A stretch of DNA of 63,684 nt, filler included, from Octopus bimaculoides (taxonomy: Eukaryota), in the NCBI RefSeq assembly GCF_001194135.2. It is 6 parts of 6 records of this genome, joined end to end, with 100 filler letters (N's around TTAATTAATTAA, not from the genome) between each part and the next. Parts side by side here need not be neighbours in the genome. Positions count along the whole stretch, not along the records: positions 1 to 10,348 come from NC_068992.1; positions 10,449 to 19,915 come from NC_068999.1; 4 more parts are not named here. One strand, given 5' to 3'. Under the pieces are notes generated by a model. It was given only the letters and a program-made list of their open reading frames with translations. It ran no database searches and was not told the origin of the DNA. Below, in pieces: positions 1 through 12,905 of this stretch. A program made the position numbers and the translations under genes. Positions within the stretch are counted from its first letter, which is position 1, and every line of letters begins with the position of its first letter.

Positions 1-49
<49 letters not shown>

Positions 50-67
50 TATATGTATATACGTATG

Positions 68-113
<46 letters not shown>

Positions 114-179
114 CATGTATATGCATATATGCATACATATATATTCGTGTCTGTGTGTATATATACATACGTATTATTA

Positions 180-243
<64 letters not shown>

Positions 244-245
244 CT
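1..245. repeat. (AT)n and (ATT)n microsatellites, representative of dozens of (AT)n, (AC)n, (AG)n, (TATG)n and (ATAG)n tracts in the window
   Basis: Direct reading; most gaps are bordered by such tracts. Confidence 0.95.
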
Positions 246-440
246 TTGTATGTGTGTGCGTTTGTTTACATATGTGTGTTTGTGTTTGTATACGTGTGGG
301 GGTTTATGTTGCCACGACGCTGTTATTATTTCCTGTCATTCTAACCTTTTCACTCCCTCCCTCGCACCCACTCCCCTTCCCCACCACCACCTTATCTCTT
401 CTGCTCGCCACATGACAATACAATCTCAACTGATTATATT

Positions 441-695
441 CGGTAAGCTGGCTGAATCGTTAGCATACCAGGCAAAGATGATTTGGGGCATTTCGTCCGT
501 CTTTGCGATCTGAGTTCAAATTCCGGTGAGGTCGACTTTACTTTCATCCTCTCGGGGTCGGTACAATAAGTTCCAGTTGAGCATTGAGGTTGCTATAATC
601 GACTTTCCTCCACTCTCGAAATTGCTGGCCTTGTGCCAAAATTTGGAACCATTTTTATTATTATTATCATCATTATTATTATTATTATTATTATT

Positions 696-730
<35 letters not shown>

Positions 731-828
731 TATTATTATTATTATCATTATTATTATTATTATCATCATCATCATCATCATTATTATTATTATTATCATT
801 ATTATTATTATCATCATCATCATCATCA

Positions 829-865
<37 letters not shown>

Positions 866-1030
866 CATCATCATTATTATTAAAGCGATGGCAGTATCAT
901 TAGCACGCTGGACGAAATGCTTAGCGGTATTTCGCTCGTCGCTCCGACTTGAGTTCAAATTCCTCCGAGATCGACTTTACGTTTCATTTTTTTCGGGGTT
1001 GATAAAATAAGTACCAGTTGAACACTGGTA
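441..1030 (+). mobile_element. Two copies of the same SINE separated by an (ATT)/(ATC) array
   Basis: Copies at about 441-655 and 882-1030 with gagttcaaatt and gtcgactt boxes; further copies near 1360-1700, 2830-3005, 8890-9080, 10540-10750, 24030-24180, 34110-34288, 37330-37515. Confidence 0.85.
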
Positions 1031-2049
1031 TTATTATTTTTATTATTATTATTATTATTATTATTAATATTATTATTATTATTATTATTGTGGTGAGCTT
1101 ATTGTTTTGTTTTTACTCCTCTCCTTGATGGGGGTGGGGTACAATTTATTTTCTGTTTCATCTGTTTATTCTTTGGTAATGACTTTGCTTACATATCTTC
1201 CTTTTTTCAACATCTTCAATGGCGGTAGATCTATTTAAAGTGGGTGCTCATTATATTTTTCTCGATCCCTAAGACTTATAAAGCCGCTTATCCGGTTGGC
1301 ACCGAGATCACAATATTTCCCATGAACGGGACGCCGGTCCGTTGCAGGGTTCAAGGCCTGCAATTTTGAGGGGAGGGGCAAATCGATTACATCGGGCCTA
1401 AGTACTTCACTAGTATTTTCCTTTATCGATACTGAAAGCAAGGTTGACCTCCATATCATTTGAACTAAGATCATGAAGAGCTGGAAAAAATGCCTCTAAG
1501 CATTATATCCTCTGAGTTAACGATACTTCCATCTCGCAGCCTTAACGGGCAAATTGCTGTACGGTATTTAACCAAAACCATCCAACCATTTTATGTCTTG
1601 AGTTCAAATTCGATGTCATCTTCGCCTTTCTTGCTCTGGAGTTCCGTTCAAATCGTCTTCCCTACCTCAAAGTTGCGACATTTTGCCAACAATCGATAAA
1701 CACCATCATTAATATTGTTGTATTGCAAGAGGGTCACAAACCGATATTAAACACATGCACTGGTTCAATTTCACTTCTTTTATTATCATTACTCAATTAG
1801 TTATTATTATTGTTGGTGTTGTCGTTATAAGGACTAGGGGGTTCGTGGAAATGCTGTTTCATAGATATTCTCCGATTTCGTGAAGAGATTTTTGTAATGA
1901 AATATTTCTATGCTCCTCTCAAAAAAATTCGCCGTAATGACAGTAGAGATTTCATATTAAGAAATTCTAACCTATATGCAACTTCAAAGTTTTACAGCCC
2001 ACGTTTGTAGAGGCCTGGTTTAGAAATAGAAAATAAGAGCTGTAGATAG

Positions 2050-3850
2050 CCTCAATTTGTGTCACTGGCCGACATACCACCTTTTCCAGATTGTGTTTCT
2101 TATTTTTCCGGATGCTGTGGGTGCTAGTGAGAGCCTGTTTTTCATGCTTTCTTATCTATTTGGTGGTATATTGCCGCAAAATACAGCTACGCTGTTGTGT
2201 TCTAGATGTGAGCATCATCCTCTCTGATCATTTCTTTGCTCGGCAACAGAATCTTGTGCTTTGCACCATCTAATTTCTTGCCGCAATTTTAGACCCTTCA
2301 TCAACTGTTTAGTTGATATTTGGATCGTGTTGTTGGCGTATTTAAGGAAAAGACGTCTGTGAATGCTAGAACATTTTAAAGTTATGTTGAAATGAATGTA
2401 AAGTAGCATGCAAACTTGTTTTAGACCAACGCATACGTCAAACTAATCCATCAACTGACCGTCCATGTTTAAGGCACATTCTATATCGATGTATAACCCC
2501 TCAACAATTGGCATTATTTTGGAATCTTTACTTTTTGTGGCCATAATTTGCATAAAACCCAGAATATATCAAAAGTGGCCTTGATGTCGATGAAGTGTAA
2601 GGACACTTGATGCCATTTTGTGCCTCTACTAGATTGACAAACAATTAAATTGATCCGCTTCCGCCATTTCTTCAGTTTAAATCTACATTTCTTTGAATAC
2701 TTTTTGCTGTATTGACACATTGATTATCAACCATTTAAAATGCTAGTGTCAATCTGTTGGTCTCTTTGCTTTTTTCTAAATAACTAAATATTTTTTCTCT
2801 TTTTGGTAGAAGACCAGCAATTGGAAGAGAAAATGGGTTAGCGATTATATCAACCCCAGAGTTCAACTGTTAATCATTTCAATGACTCTGAAAATAGAAA
2901 AGCAAAGTTGTCCTCGGTGGTGTTTGAACTTAGGACATAAAGAGTCGCAAGAATTACCACAATGCATTTCGTCCATTGCGCTAATGATTCTGCCAGCTCA
3001 CTGCGTTATACAATTCTAAATATTACGTGTAACATATCAACCATCTGTTCTCCTCTGATACTTTAGAGATGCTTTTATGTTTGGTCAGTCTTTTCATTAA
3101 TTCTTCCATTTCTTCTTTTGTTATTTCTGCATAACCATCGGCGTCAAAGAGACCAACCGGGACTTCTTACCTTACTTCTGGATTGTGAAGGAATTTAGTC
3201 ACGAAACGTAGTTTAAAAGGATCTTCCTTAGCTTGAAGTACTTCATATGTGCTTCTATGCCTGTAACCACCGGCATCCTTCGATTACACTGTACATTTTT
3301 ATGACCTTTCCTTTCAATTTATGCACGATTCTTTCTTAAAATCAACTTCAATTACTTCTGTTCACAAGTTTTCGTTCTTTTCTATATAGAATGCTTGCAT
3401 TTTGACTACTTCGTTCACTTCCTTGTGTCGTTGGTCTTTGATAATATCCTATAGATTGTTCACCATTAATTATGTTAGCATTACACCTCTGTTTCTGATA
3501 TCAGGTCCTTCACTTGTTTCGAACCTTCAAACCGAAGGGATATTCGATTATTTCATTGGGCGTGTTTCTTTCAAACATAAACAGATTTCATTTCTGTCAT
3601 CAGTTTCAAGATGGAACGAAGATGTGATATAGTCTCCTGGATATATTCCAAGCTTTCTAGTCAGGCATTTGTCCACAAATCGTATCCTCTTGGTATATTG
3701 CGTGATTTTCTTTCACTTTTCCCGTGCGACTACCAAATTTGTCAAGACCAGAGAATTCTTTTCAAAAACGTATTCGCTCTAGTGTTTCTCTTTATGCTTT
3801 ATGTCCGTCTCACTTTCCAAGATGATAGGCGCCTCAATCAAACCATCACC
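2050..3850 (-). mobile_element. Highly degenerate APE-type LINE ORF2 (endonuclease C-terminus, linker, RT), interrupted by a SINE at about 2830-3005
   Basis: With stops and frameshifts: EKNSLVLTN...KKITQY...FVDKCLTRK (APE C-term-like), EITKEEMEELMKRLTKHK (linker-like), LHFIDIKATFD, GLKQACMLLYIHFNITL, LKYANN (RT motifs eroded). Confidence 0.5.
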
Positions 3851-3920
<70 letters not shown>

Positions 3921-4305
3921 NNNNNNNNNNNNNNNNNNNNNNNNNNNNNNNNNNNNNNNNNNNNNNNNNNNNNNNNNNNNNNNNNNNNNNNNNNNNNNNN
4001 NNNNNNNNNNNNNNNNNNNNNNNNNNNNNNNNNNNNNNNNNNNNNNNNNNNNNNNNNNNNNNNNNNNNNNNNNNNNNNNNNNNNNNNNATATATATATAT
4101 ATATATATATATAGCACATGTGCCGAAGTGTAACTTAAAAAGCCCACCTCTTTCATGGATATATAGGGATAAACAATCGTCTATGTACTATGCTGAATAC
4201 AAGGAGTGTTCGTCGGGGTATGTTGATTTTTTGTTTATTTTTATGTGTCTTGACCATACGTGTACTGATGAATAAAAGATGCAGATTACAGCGTTGATTA
4301 TGAAA

Positions 4306-5526
4306 TCATTGGTTTACCGTTAGGTTAAAAGTTTTTAGGAGGTTAGCTTTGAAAGTTGCATTCCCTCGCGATCGGTANNNNNNNNNNNNNNNNNNNNNNN
4401 NNNNNNNNNNNNNNNNNNNNNNNNNNNNNNNNNNNNNNNNNNNNNNNNNNNNNNNNNNNNNNNNNNNNNNNNNNNNNNNNNNNNNNNNNNNNNNNNNNNN
4501 NNNNNNNNNNNNNNNNNNNNNNNNNNNNNNNNNNNNNNNNNNNNNNNNNNNNNNNNNNNNNNNNNNNNNNNNNNNNNNNNNNNNNNNNNNNNNNNNNNNN
4601 NNNNNNNNNNNNNNNNNNNNNNNNNNNNNNNNNNNNNNNNNNNNNNNNNNNNNNNNNNNNNNNNNNNNNNNNNNNNNNNNNNNNNNNNNNNNNNNNNNNN
4701 NNNNNNNNNNNNNNNNNNNNNNNNNNNNNNNNNNNNNNNNNNNNNNNNNNNNNNNNNNNNNNNNNNNNNNNNNNNNNNNNNNNNNNNNNNNNNNNNNNNN
4801 NNNNNNNNNNNNNNNNNNNNNNNNNNNNNNNNNNNNNNNNNNNNNNNNNNNNNNNNNNNNNNNNNNNNNNNNNNNNNNNNNNNNNNNNNNNNNNNNNNNN
4901 NNNNNNNNNNNNNNNNNNNNNNNNNNNNNNNNNNNNNNNNNNNNNNNNNNNNNNNNNNNNNNNNNNNNNNNNNNNNNNNNNNNNNNNNNNNNNNNNNNNN
5001 NNNNNNNNNNNNNNNNNNNNNNNNNNNNNNNNNNNNNNNNNNNNNNNNNNNNNNNNNNNNNNNNNNNNNNNNNNNNNNNNNNNNNNNNNNNNNNNNNNNN
5101 NNNNNNNNNNNNNNNNNNNNNNNNNNNNNNNNNNNNNNNNNNNNNNNNNNNNNNNNNNNNNNNNNNNNNGTGAAATGATGCATCACTACACATGTTGATG
5201 CCCAGATCTCTAACTGTTTGTTGTTCTGGGATTGCAGTACCTCCAGGCCCTGTGTATGCCAGTTGGGAGGTACTTGTGGTCTTGTAGCGCAGTACTTGAC
5301 ATTTTTTTGCATTGAACTGCATATTATTTTGCTCTGCCCACTCATATATTGCATTTAGGTCATTCTGCAGGCTTACAATATCATCAGGATTCTTTATTGC
5401 CTGAGATATCTTTGTGTCATCAGCATAGCTAGTGACAGTGGCTCTCCGCGTGACCGTGGGCATGTCCAGAAGGGCCACTATGAACAGTAGTGGCCCCAGA
5501 ACAGTTCCCTGTGGAAAACCGCTCAA
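4306..5526 (-). mobile_element. CR1/L2-group LINE reverse transcriptase fragment (gap 4378-5169)
   Basis: GFPQGTVLGPLLF, SYADDTKI, LQNDLNAIYEWAEQNNMQFNAKKC. Confidence 0.9.
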
Positions 5527-5780
5527 TATTTCTGTTTCCCTAGATATATATATATATATATGTGTGTGTATATTAAAGAGTTTCCTGCAGCTTACGTCTA
5601 CTGAACTCTATCATCAACAAAATAGTGAAACAATCTCCTAAAGATATTGTAGAAAACAATTGTCTGAGATGTGACGCAGTGGTTTTGAACTCAAAAACTA
5701 CTTGGCTACAAACCAAACTTCTTCACCACTCAGCCATAACTACGTACATATCTCCTAAAATGCACAACACAGAGAGAGAA

Positions 5781-5869
<89 letters not shown>

Positions 5870-6326
5870 CTGGTGACAGAGTGTTCGAGAAAAATTACTT
5901 CACACACCACAGAGCATACGAGTTTCTTTATCGCATTTACGAAATAGCTCTACTGTTTCTGACTGGTTGTATGCTATTGCTTCAAAATCTATATAGGCCC
6001 AACGACCACAATAATGAGGGCCCCACTGCGATAACCACGGCTGAATAAACAATACAACTAACGCCACCTGTGCTTTAAATATTCAACATAGTTCTTCTAG
6101 TTTTTTGGGGATGAACGCATGGGGTTTTTTGGGGGTTTATTTTTAAGACTACACAGGAGATAGAATGGTCGATTGAATCGAGCTTAGGAATATTGCAGGT
6201 ACTCATTTTATTGACTCCGGAAGGATGGCATGCAAAATGCAGCCAAGCGGAATTGTGTGAGTGTGTGCGCATGTGTGTTGGGGAGGGCAAATACACGCCA
6301 CACACACACACAAATTTATCAATGTA

Positions 6327-6385
<59 letters not shown>

Positions 6386-6398
6386 TGATAGATAGATT

Positions 6399-6454
<56 letters not shown>

Positions 6455-6609
6455 TCTGCATATTTATGTGTGCATGTATGTATCTTAATAGATATTCGTA
6501 TATGCACGTATATATATATATATAGACACACAAATAAATGCATATACATATACAGTTATATCTATACATATGTGTGTGTGTGTTTATATAGATATATATA
6601 GATTAGATA

Positions 6610-6647
<38 letters not shown>

Positions 6648-6669
6648 ATATACATATATACATTATATA

Positions 6670-6759
<90 letters not shown>

Positions 6760-7379
6760 TATCTATACACACACACACACATATATATATATATACATAT
6801 ATATATATAATATATATGCATATGTGTGTGTGTATGTATATTGAAGTGTGCGTGCGGGCGAGCGAGCGTGTGTGCGTGCCTGTGTGTGAGTGTGTACCTT
6901 AGAATAATAAATGCAACACACCAACAGAACAGCACAAGTCATCGGGACATAACTTGTGCTCTTAACAATTCTTTTCAACCAACAAAATAACTTGCTAAAC
7001 CCTTTACTGCTTTTTCTCTGAATATATTCGGCATTTTCTCTTTTTTTTTTCTTTCTTTTCCTTATGTCTTTTCTTCATTCTTTCTTTCTGTCATTTTCTA
7101 TCTCTCCTTGTGTCTATGTTTTTTGTTTTTTGTTTTCTTGTCATTGTTTACACAAAGACACAGTCTACTTCGTTTATGGTTGTTTTATGAACCACAAAAC
7201 GATTAGCGGGGTTAATTTTTTCACACAGACTGGCTAAACGCCTATGTGCTGATGTGAACGGTTATTTATGTGAACGCACATAACACACACATGTCTGAAT
7301 GTGTACGTGTGTTCGGGTGTGTGGTATCCACGAAGAAAGAGAATTATGTGATATATACATGTATACATATATATACATA

Positions 7380-7453
<74 letters not shown>

Positions 7454-7557
7454 TATACATATATATATATAATATTTATATTTATAAATCTATAGAATTA
7501 TACACGTTTGAATATGTATATGGGTGTTTAAGAATATATACATTGGTATTTAAGCAC

Positions 7558-7850
7558 TATGTTACATATCCCAGGGCCCCAATAATTACAGGTATAATCC
7601 TGAGCTTGTAATCTGGATAGAGTAACTATAGATTTCTCAATAGTTCAGCGTGGGTATTCTCTTTTTCACTGATCTTCAGCTTTATGTTAACACCCACTAG
7701 GCCGCTAGTCTCCACAACAGTGTACAGTTTCTCATGTATGTAAGTACGTATGTATGTATGTGTGTATGTATGTATGTATTATGTATGTATACATATATAT
7801 GTATGTATGTATGTATGTAAACTGCACTCTGTTTCTTGCAGTTTTAATCT
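7558..7850 (-). mobile_element. RLE-type (R4/NeSL-like) non-LTR retrotransposon C-terminal fragment, split by (TATG)n
   Basis: 7736-7558 translates HEKLYTVVETSGLVGVNIKLKISEKENTHAELLRNL*LLYPDYKLRIIPVIIGALG, like the NI..KE.EK..KY..L...IIPVIIGALG terminus of RLE elements. Confidence 0.6.
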
Positions 7851-8579
7851 TACTGTGATCTCATCACAGTAAAATGTTCCTCCGGTCATTCAAGGAGGCT
7901 CATTCTTCTTCTGTGTGAGCCTAGTGTTTTCATTGGTCCGTATGGTTAGGTGGTGTCTCTTTCTATTGTTGTGCTGTCGCTTCACATTACCCAACTCATT
8001 GTTTATTGTTATTTATATATATATTCGTTGGTTTCGTTACGATATCCAGTTTATCTAGATTGTTAGTTCCCATGGGTCAAAAATACGTGTTGATTTGTAT
8101 ACATTGGTCAATATGCATACACATAGGTGTGTGTGTGTGTGTGTGTGTGCTGAAACGAGATTAATATTCTAAATCAAGGTTGAATGGGGCTCAGTCCTGA
8201 GACTACGAATAGAGGTTATTGTACAATTCGTGTTGACAGGGTTTTTAAGTTGCGCCAATATGTTGTCAGACGAAGCGTGACGTTCCAGTGGGCTTCAGTC
8301 TTATTGCACGCGCACGCCCTATAGATATACATACATACATGCATACATACATACATGCTGAGACCCCCCCCCCCTTCGGTCATGACTGACCATGGGATTG
8401 CACCTAGAAAATTACCCTCGGAGGCACAAGTCCGGGCAAGGTTGTTTATGGAAGACCAGCAGTCGCCCATGCGTACCGGTCTCCCCTCTCCACGCCACCA
8501 GTGTTATCATAAGCTCGACGTTCTAACCACTGAGCCATGCACCTTCACTCATATATACAAACTTACACACACACACACA

Positions 8580-8641
<62 letters not shown>

Positions 8642-8731
8642 ATAGTTGATATTTATAGAAAACAAAAAACGAAGACAGGTGTATGAACAACAAGCAAGTG
8701 CATTAGTTTGACGGTCGGGAAAATGAAAAAG

Positions 8732-8769
8732 CCTTTTACGTTTCGAGCCTACGCTCTCCAACAGAAAGG
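8732..8769 (-). ncRNA. Variant minimal hammerhead motif (family B)
   Basis: CCTTT CTGTTGG A GAGC gtag GCTC GAAA C GTA AAAGG: stem I CCTTT/AAAGG, A9 changed to G, GUA site. Confidence 0.5.
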
Positions 8770-9489
8770 AATTAGAGAAAATAAACAGAGGGGATGAGAG
8801 AAAAAAATATTTTAGATTTCAGCGGTCCAGCTGAAATATATATATATATATATGTATATATACGAAACTATCTTGATATATTATTTACGCCTCCTGCAAA
8901 ATGCTTAGCGGTATTTCGTCTGTCTTTACGTTCTGAGTTCAAATTCCGCGGAGGTCGACTTTGCCTTTCATCCTTTCAAGATCGATAAATTAGGTACCAG
9001 GTGCGTACTGGGGTCGATCTAATCGACTAGCCCCGCCTCCCAAAATTTTCGAGCATTGTACCTAGAGTACAAAAGATTATTTACACCTCCTTCTCTATAA
9101 AAAGGATTTTTAGATCGAAAACTTACAATAAAACTATGTTCAATTTATATCAATTTTATAGCTTGCATATCTATCTAAATTTCAAATTTTGTCACAATGC
9201 TTTAAGTTTATTTGAAATATTCCAACAAATACAACCACACGATCGAACCTAATTCTCATATAAGCTATTTGCAGTTAAATCGCTCTTTTGTGTTGAAAAT
9301 GAAGAAAATCTTACATTCAATTTTATCCACTACATTGTTGTAGGACGCAACGTAACGCTGGGGATCGAAATCGCGAGCCTACGATCGCGAGTCAAATATC
9401 CTTATCACAAAGCCATGCGTTTTTACCAAACAGACTAAAGGAGGAATTTCAACAAATATTTATCAATGTGGCTGTGTGGATAAACGCAA

Positions 9490-9870
9490 GCGTGGCTGTA
9501 ATAAATAGCTTGTTTACCAATCACATGGTTCTAGGTTCAGTCCCACTGCGTAGCACCTTGGGTGAGTGTTTTCTACTATAGCCTCAGGCCGACTAAAGCC
9601 CTGTGAGTGAATTTGGTAGACGGAAACTGCAGCAAGCTCGTCATGTGTGTATGTATGTATGTATATGTTTGTGTGTCTGTGTTTGTCCCCTACCATGGCT
9701 TGACAGCCGATGCTGGTGTTTATATCCCCGTACCTTAGCGGTTCGGCAAAAGAACCGATAGAATAAGTACAAGGCTTACAAAGAATAAGTTCTGGTGTTG
9801 ATCTGCTCGACTAAAGACGGTGCTCCAGCATGACCGCAGTCAAATGACTGAAACAAGTAAAAAGGTAAAA
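9490..9870 (+). mobile_element. Bipartite tRNA-derived SINE (head, CORE-like accttgggcaagt, internal microsatellite, LINE-like tail)
   Basis: ccacatggttctaggttcagtcccactgcgtagcaccttggg...(tatg)n...gttcggcaaaagaaccgatagaataagtac...ccagcatgaccgcagtcaaatgactgaaacaag; inverted full copy at 15345-15660; partial copies near 11000, 34700, 41350, 41500, 42880, 50490, 63620. Confidence 0.85.
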
Positions 9871-10867
9871 GAACAAAATAGGCGCATGAGTGGCTGTACC
9901 GTAAGAAGCTTGCTTCCCAACCACATGGTTCTGGGTTCAGCTAAAAGATGGGATGCTGAATTTAAATCACTATGTTGCCTTGAGGCGAAGGTAAAACTTG
10001 ACAAACTGCTTCTCCCTTTGTTGTTGGACTACCGTGATCTTTGTTTAAAAAAGAGAGGTTATGACTGTGATAAAATAATGAAAGCAATATTTACTAAGCA
10101 AATGAGCACTAATATATACAAAGAAATAATTAGACGTATAATATAAAAATTATTAGAATTGGGACTCTAATGTTAAAATATTATCGAGGGGATAGCAGAA
10201 AACCGCCCGGGGGGAGGGGGGCAGTCTTTCTGCTAGTATAAATAATGATGATTCTATAATTAATGAATAACAATAATATAGATGGCTAATTAGCAAAAAA
10301 GCCAAAAGCAAATATATAAATAAGGGTACTATATAGCACCAGTTTTATNNNNNNNNNNNNNNNNNNNNNNNNNNNNNNNNNNNNNNNNNNNNTTAATTAA
10401 TTAANNNNNNNNNNNNNNNNNNNNNNNNNNNNNNNNNNNNNNNNNNNNTACCTATTTGTGTTTCACTTATTCTCTCCTCTGCGGTGCTGAAGGTGTGCAT
10501 GGGGAAGGGGGCGAGTGCAGTGGGGGTGGGATTAGGCAGCGGGCTAGCAGAATTGTTACTGCAGTGGACGAAATGCTTAGCAGCATTACTTCCAACTTAA
10601 TGTTGCGAGTTCAAATTCCGCTGAGGTCGACTTTGCCTTTCATCCTTTCGGGGTCAATGAAATAAGTACCAGTTATGCACTGGGTTGATTTAATCAACTT
10701 ACCTCCACCTCCTGATATTGCTGGCCTTGAGGCCAGAATTTGAAACTATTATTATCATTATTATTATTATTGTTATTATTATTATTATTCAGGTCACTGT
10801 TTGAAATGGAACACAGAATCTTGGGGTTAGTAGCCCGCGTGCTTAACCACTACGCCATATGCTCGTG

Positions 10868-10913
10868 GGCACCTGATGAAGGGTGGAGCGTATATCAGCC
10901 GAAACGTTGTGTT
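10868..10913 (+). ncRNA. Minimal type I hammerhead ribozyme motif (family A, second copy)
   Basis: GGCAC CTGATGA A GGGTG gagcgtatat CAGCC GAAA C GTT GTGTT; one stem II mismatch; shares about 90 nt of downstream sequence with the 35433 copy. Confidence 0.68.
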
Positions 10914-12739
10914 AGCAACAAAACAAGATGAGGACAAATATCCATCGAATGTAAATAACGTAAATAATTCATCATCTCTTAAATATAGAACTAGTACTTA
11001 CTCTAGCGGTCTCTTTTGCCGAACAGCTAAGTTACAGGGATGTAAACACACCAACATCGGTTCTCAAGCAATGGTGGTGGGAGGGGGACAAACACAAACA
11101 CACAAATACATACATACACACACACACATTTATATATANNNNNNNNNNNNNNNNNNNNNNNNNNNNNNNNNNNNNNNNNNNNNNNNNNNNNNNNNNNNNN
11201 NNNNNNNNNNNNNNNNNNNNNNNNNNNNNNNNNNNNNNNNNNNNNNNNNNNNNNNNNNNNNNNNNNNNNNNNNNNNNNNNNNNNNNNNNNNNNNNNNNNN
11301 NNNNNNNNNNNNNNNNNNNNNNNNNNNNNNNNNNNNNNNNNNNNNNNNNNNNNNNNNNNNNNNNNNNNNNNNNNNNNNNNNNNNNNNNNNNNNNNNNNNN
11401 NNNNNNNNNNNNNNNNNNNNNNNNNNNNNNNNNNNNNNNNNNNNNNNNNNNNNNNNNNNNNNNNNNNNNNNNNNNNNNNNNNNNNNNNNNNNNNNNNNNN
11501 NNNNNNNNNNNNNNNNNNNNNNNNNNNNNNNNNNNNNNNNNNNNNNNNNNNNNNNNNNNNNNNNNNNNNNNNNNNNNNNNNNNNNNNNNNNNNNNNNNNN
11601 NNNNNNNNNNNNNNNNNNNNNNNNNNNNNNNNNNNNNNNNNNNNNNNNNNNNNNNNNNNNNNNNNNNNNNNNNNNNNNNNNNNNNNNNNNNNNNNNNNNN
11701 NNNNNNNNNNNNNNNNNNNNNNNNNNNNNNNNNNNNNNNNNNNNNNNNNNNNNNNNNNNNNNNNNNNNNNNNNNNNNNNNNNNNNNNNNNNNNNNNNNNN
11801 NNNNNATATCATGGTACAGGACGTTAGAACAATGAACTACAGACAACGGAACGAACACATAGGAAAACGGAAAGCCACTTGGAATATCCATTCATCAGCT
11901 GTCTCTCTTCTAACTAGACGTTTCGAAGATATATATATGTATATATATATATATATATATACGATGGGCTTCTTTCAGTTTCCGTCACCATTACCATCTT
12001 TCGGATCACTGCTCTTTGTTCCTCTTTGGTGCACATTGCTAGTGGAGCAGCCATGCTTACACTGTAAAAGCCAAAAGGAAAATGGAGCCATCGGGCTCAA
12101 ATTTCGATCATGTGACCACAATAGTACCAGCTATCAGCAGGCAGGTGCAGAAGGCAGTGTGACAACGATAAAGACATATTATGGCGAAAGTGTAGATAAT
12201 TTTTGACTTCCCCTCATATTTGTATACACTCACATTTAAGAACATGCACAAAATAATTACCATACACAAAGTCCAAGATCAATGGAGCAGATGTTATCTT
12301 TAAAATAGCATGCTTATTCTAGTATATCTGTGTGTGTGTGTGTTAATTTATGTGAGATAAACGGGGTTTACATGTCACACATAAATTAACATATATTAGA
12401 CGCTGTATACTTCAAACGATATGATAATTAATATTCTTTTTCATGATTTTGTATCGCTAAATAAACAAAAATTATACATATATAATGTGTGTGTTTTGTC
12501 TGTGTTTCTGGACATGTGAGATTGTGCACTTCAGTGTTAGTGCATATGTGGGTGTATATATATGTATATATATATTGACGTTTTCTATTAGTAATTGGCA
12601 CATTATTAATTAAAGAAGCACATGTGTACCATACGTGCATCTGGTTCAGTTCTATTTCCTGCTTGCATTTCCTAACTTATATATATATATATACATACAT
12701 ACATACACACACATATATATATACATACACACATACATA

Positions 12740-12905
12740 TATTGGGTTGGTGCATAATTATTGCGGATTCTTTTTTTCAACAAATTTTATTCAACAAAAA
12801 CAATAACAATATTCAAGAAAAACATCTTTAAATGACGGTCTGACTGTCTGCCAAGCAAATGGGAAGCAGTAATTGAAGTAGATGGTGACTATGCTCCGGA
12901 ATAAT
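12740..12905 (+). mobile_element. Internally deleted mariner (left TIR plus transposase C-terminal end)
   Basis: TA ttgggttggtgcataattattgcgg resembles the Hsmar1/MADE1-type TIR; followed by LPSKWEAVIEVDGDY. Confidence 0.65.

Noticed and set aside
441-520. tRNA genes suggested by B-box-like gagttcaaattc motifs
   Set aside because: All are SINE heads without a complete cloverleaf
53-1010. Long ORFs of poly-Ile/Met/Leu/Tyr and [12 protein letters not shown] repeats throughout the ORF track
   Set aside because: Translations of microsatellites or N gaps; no coding signal
10393-10404. TTAATTAATTAA islands inside gaps (also at 19960, 51359, 57316, 61911)
   Set aside because: At 10349-10448 the layout is 44 N + 12 nt + 44 N = 100 nt and the others look the same; the 12-mer has stops in all six frames. 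It is a scaffolding spacer, not biology.
11880-11924. Hammerhead-like parts on the minus strand (GAAACGTC ... CTGATGA A TGGA tat TCCA)
   Set aside because: GAAA does not follow stem II and no stem I forms in either type I or type II order; at most a scrambled remnant
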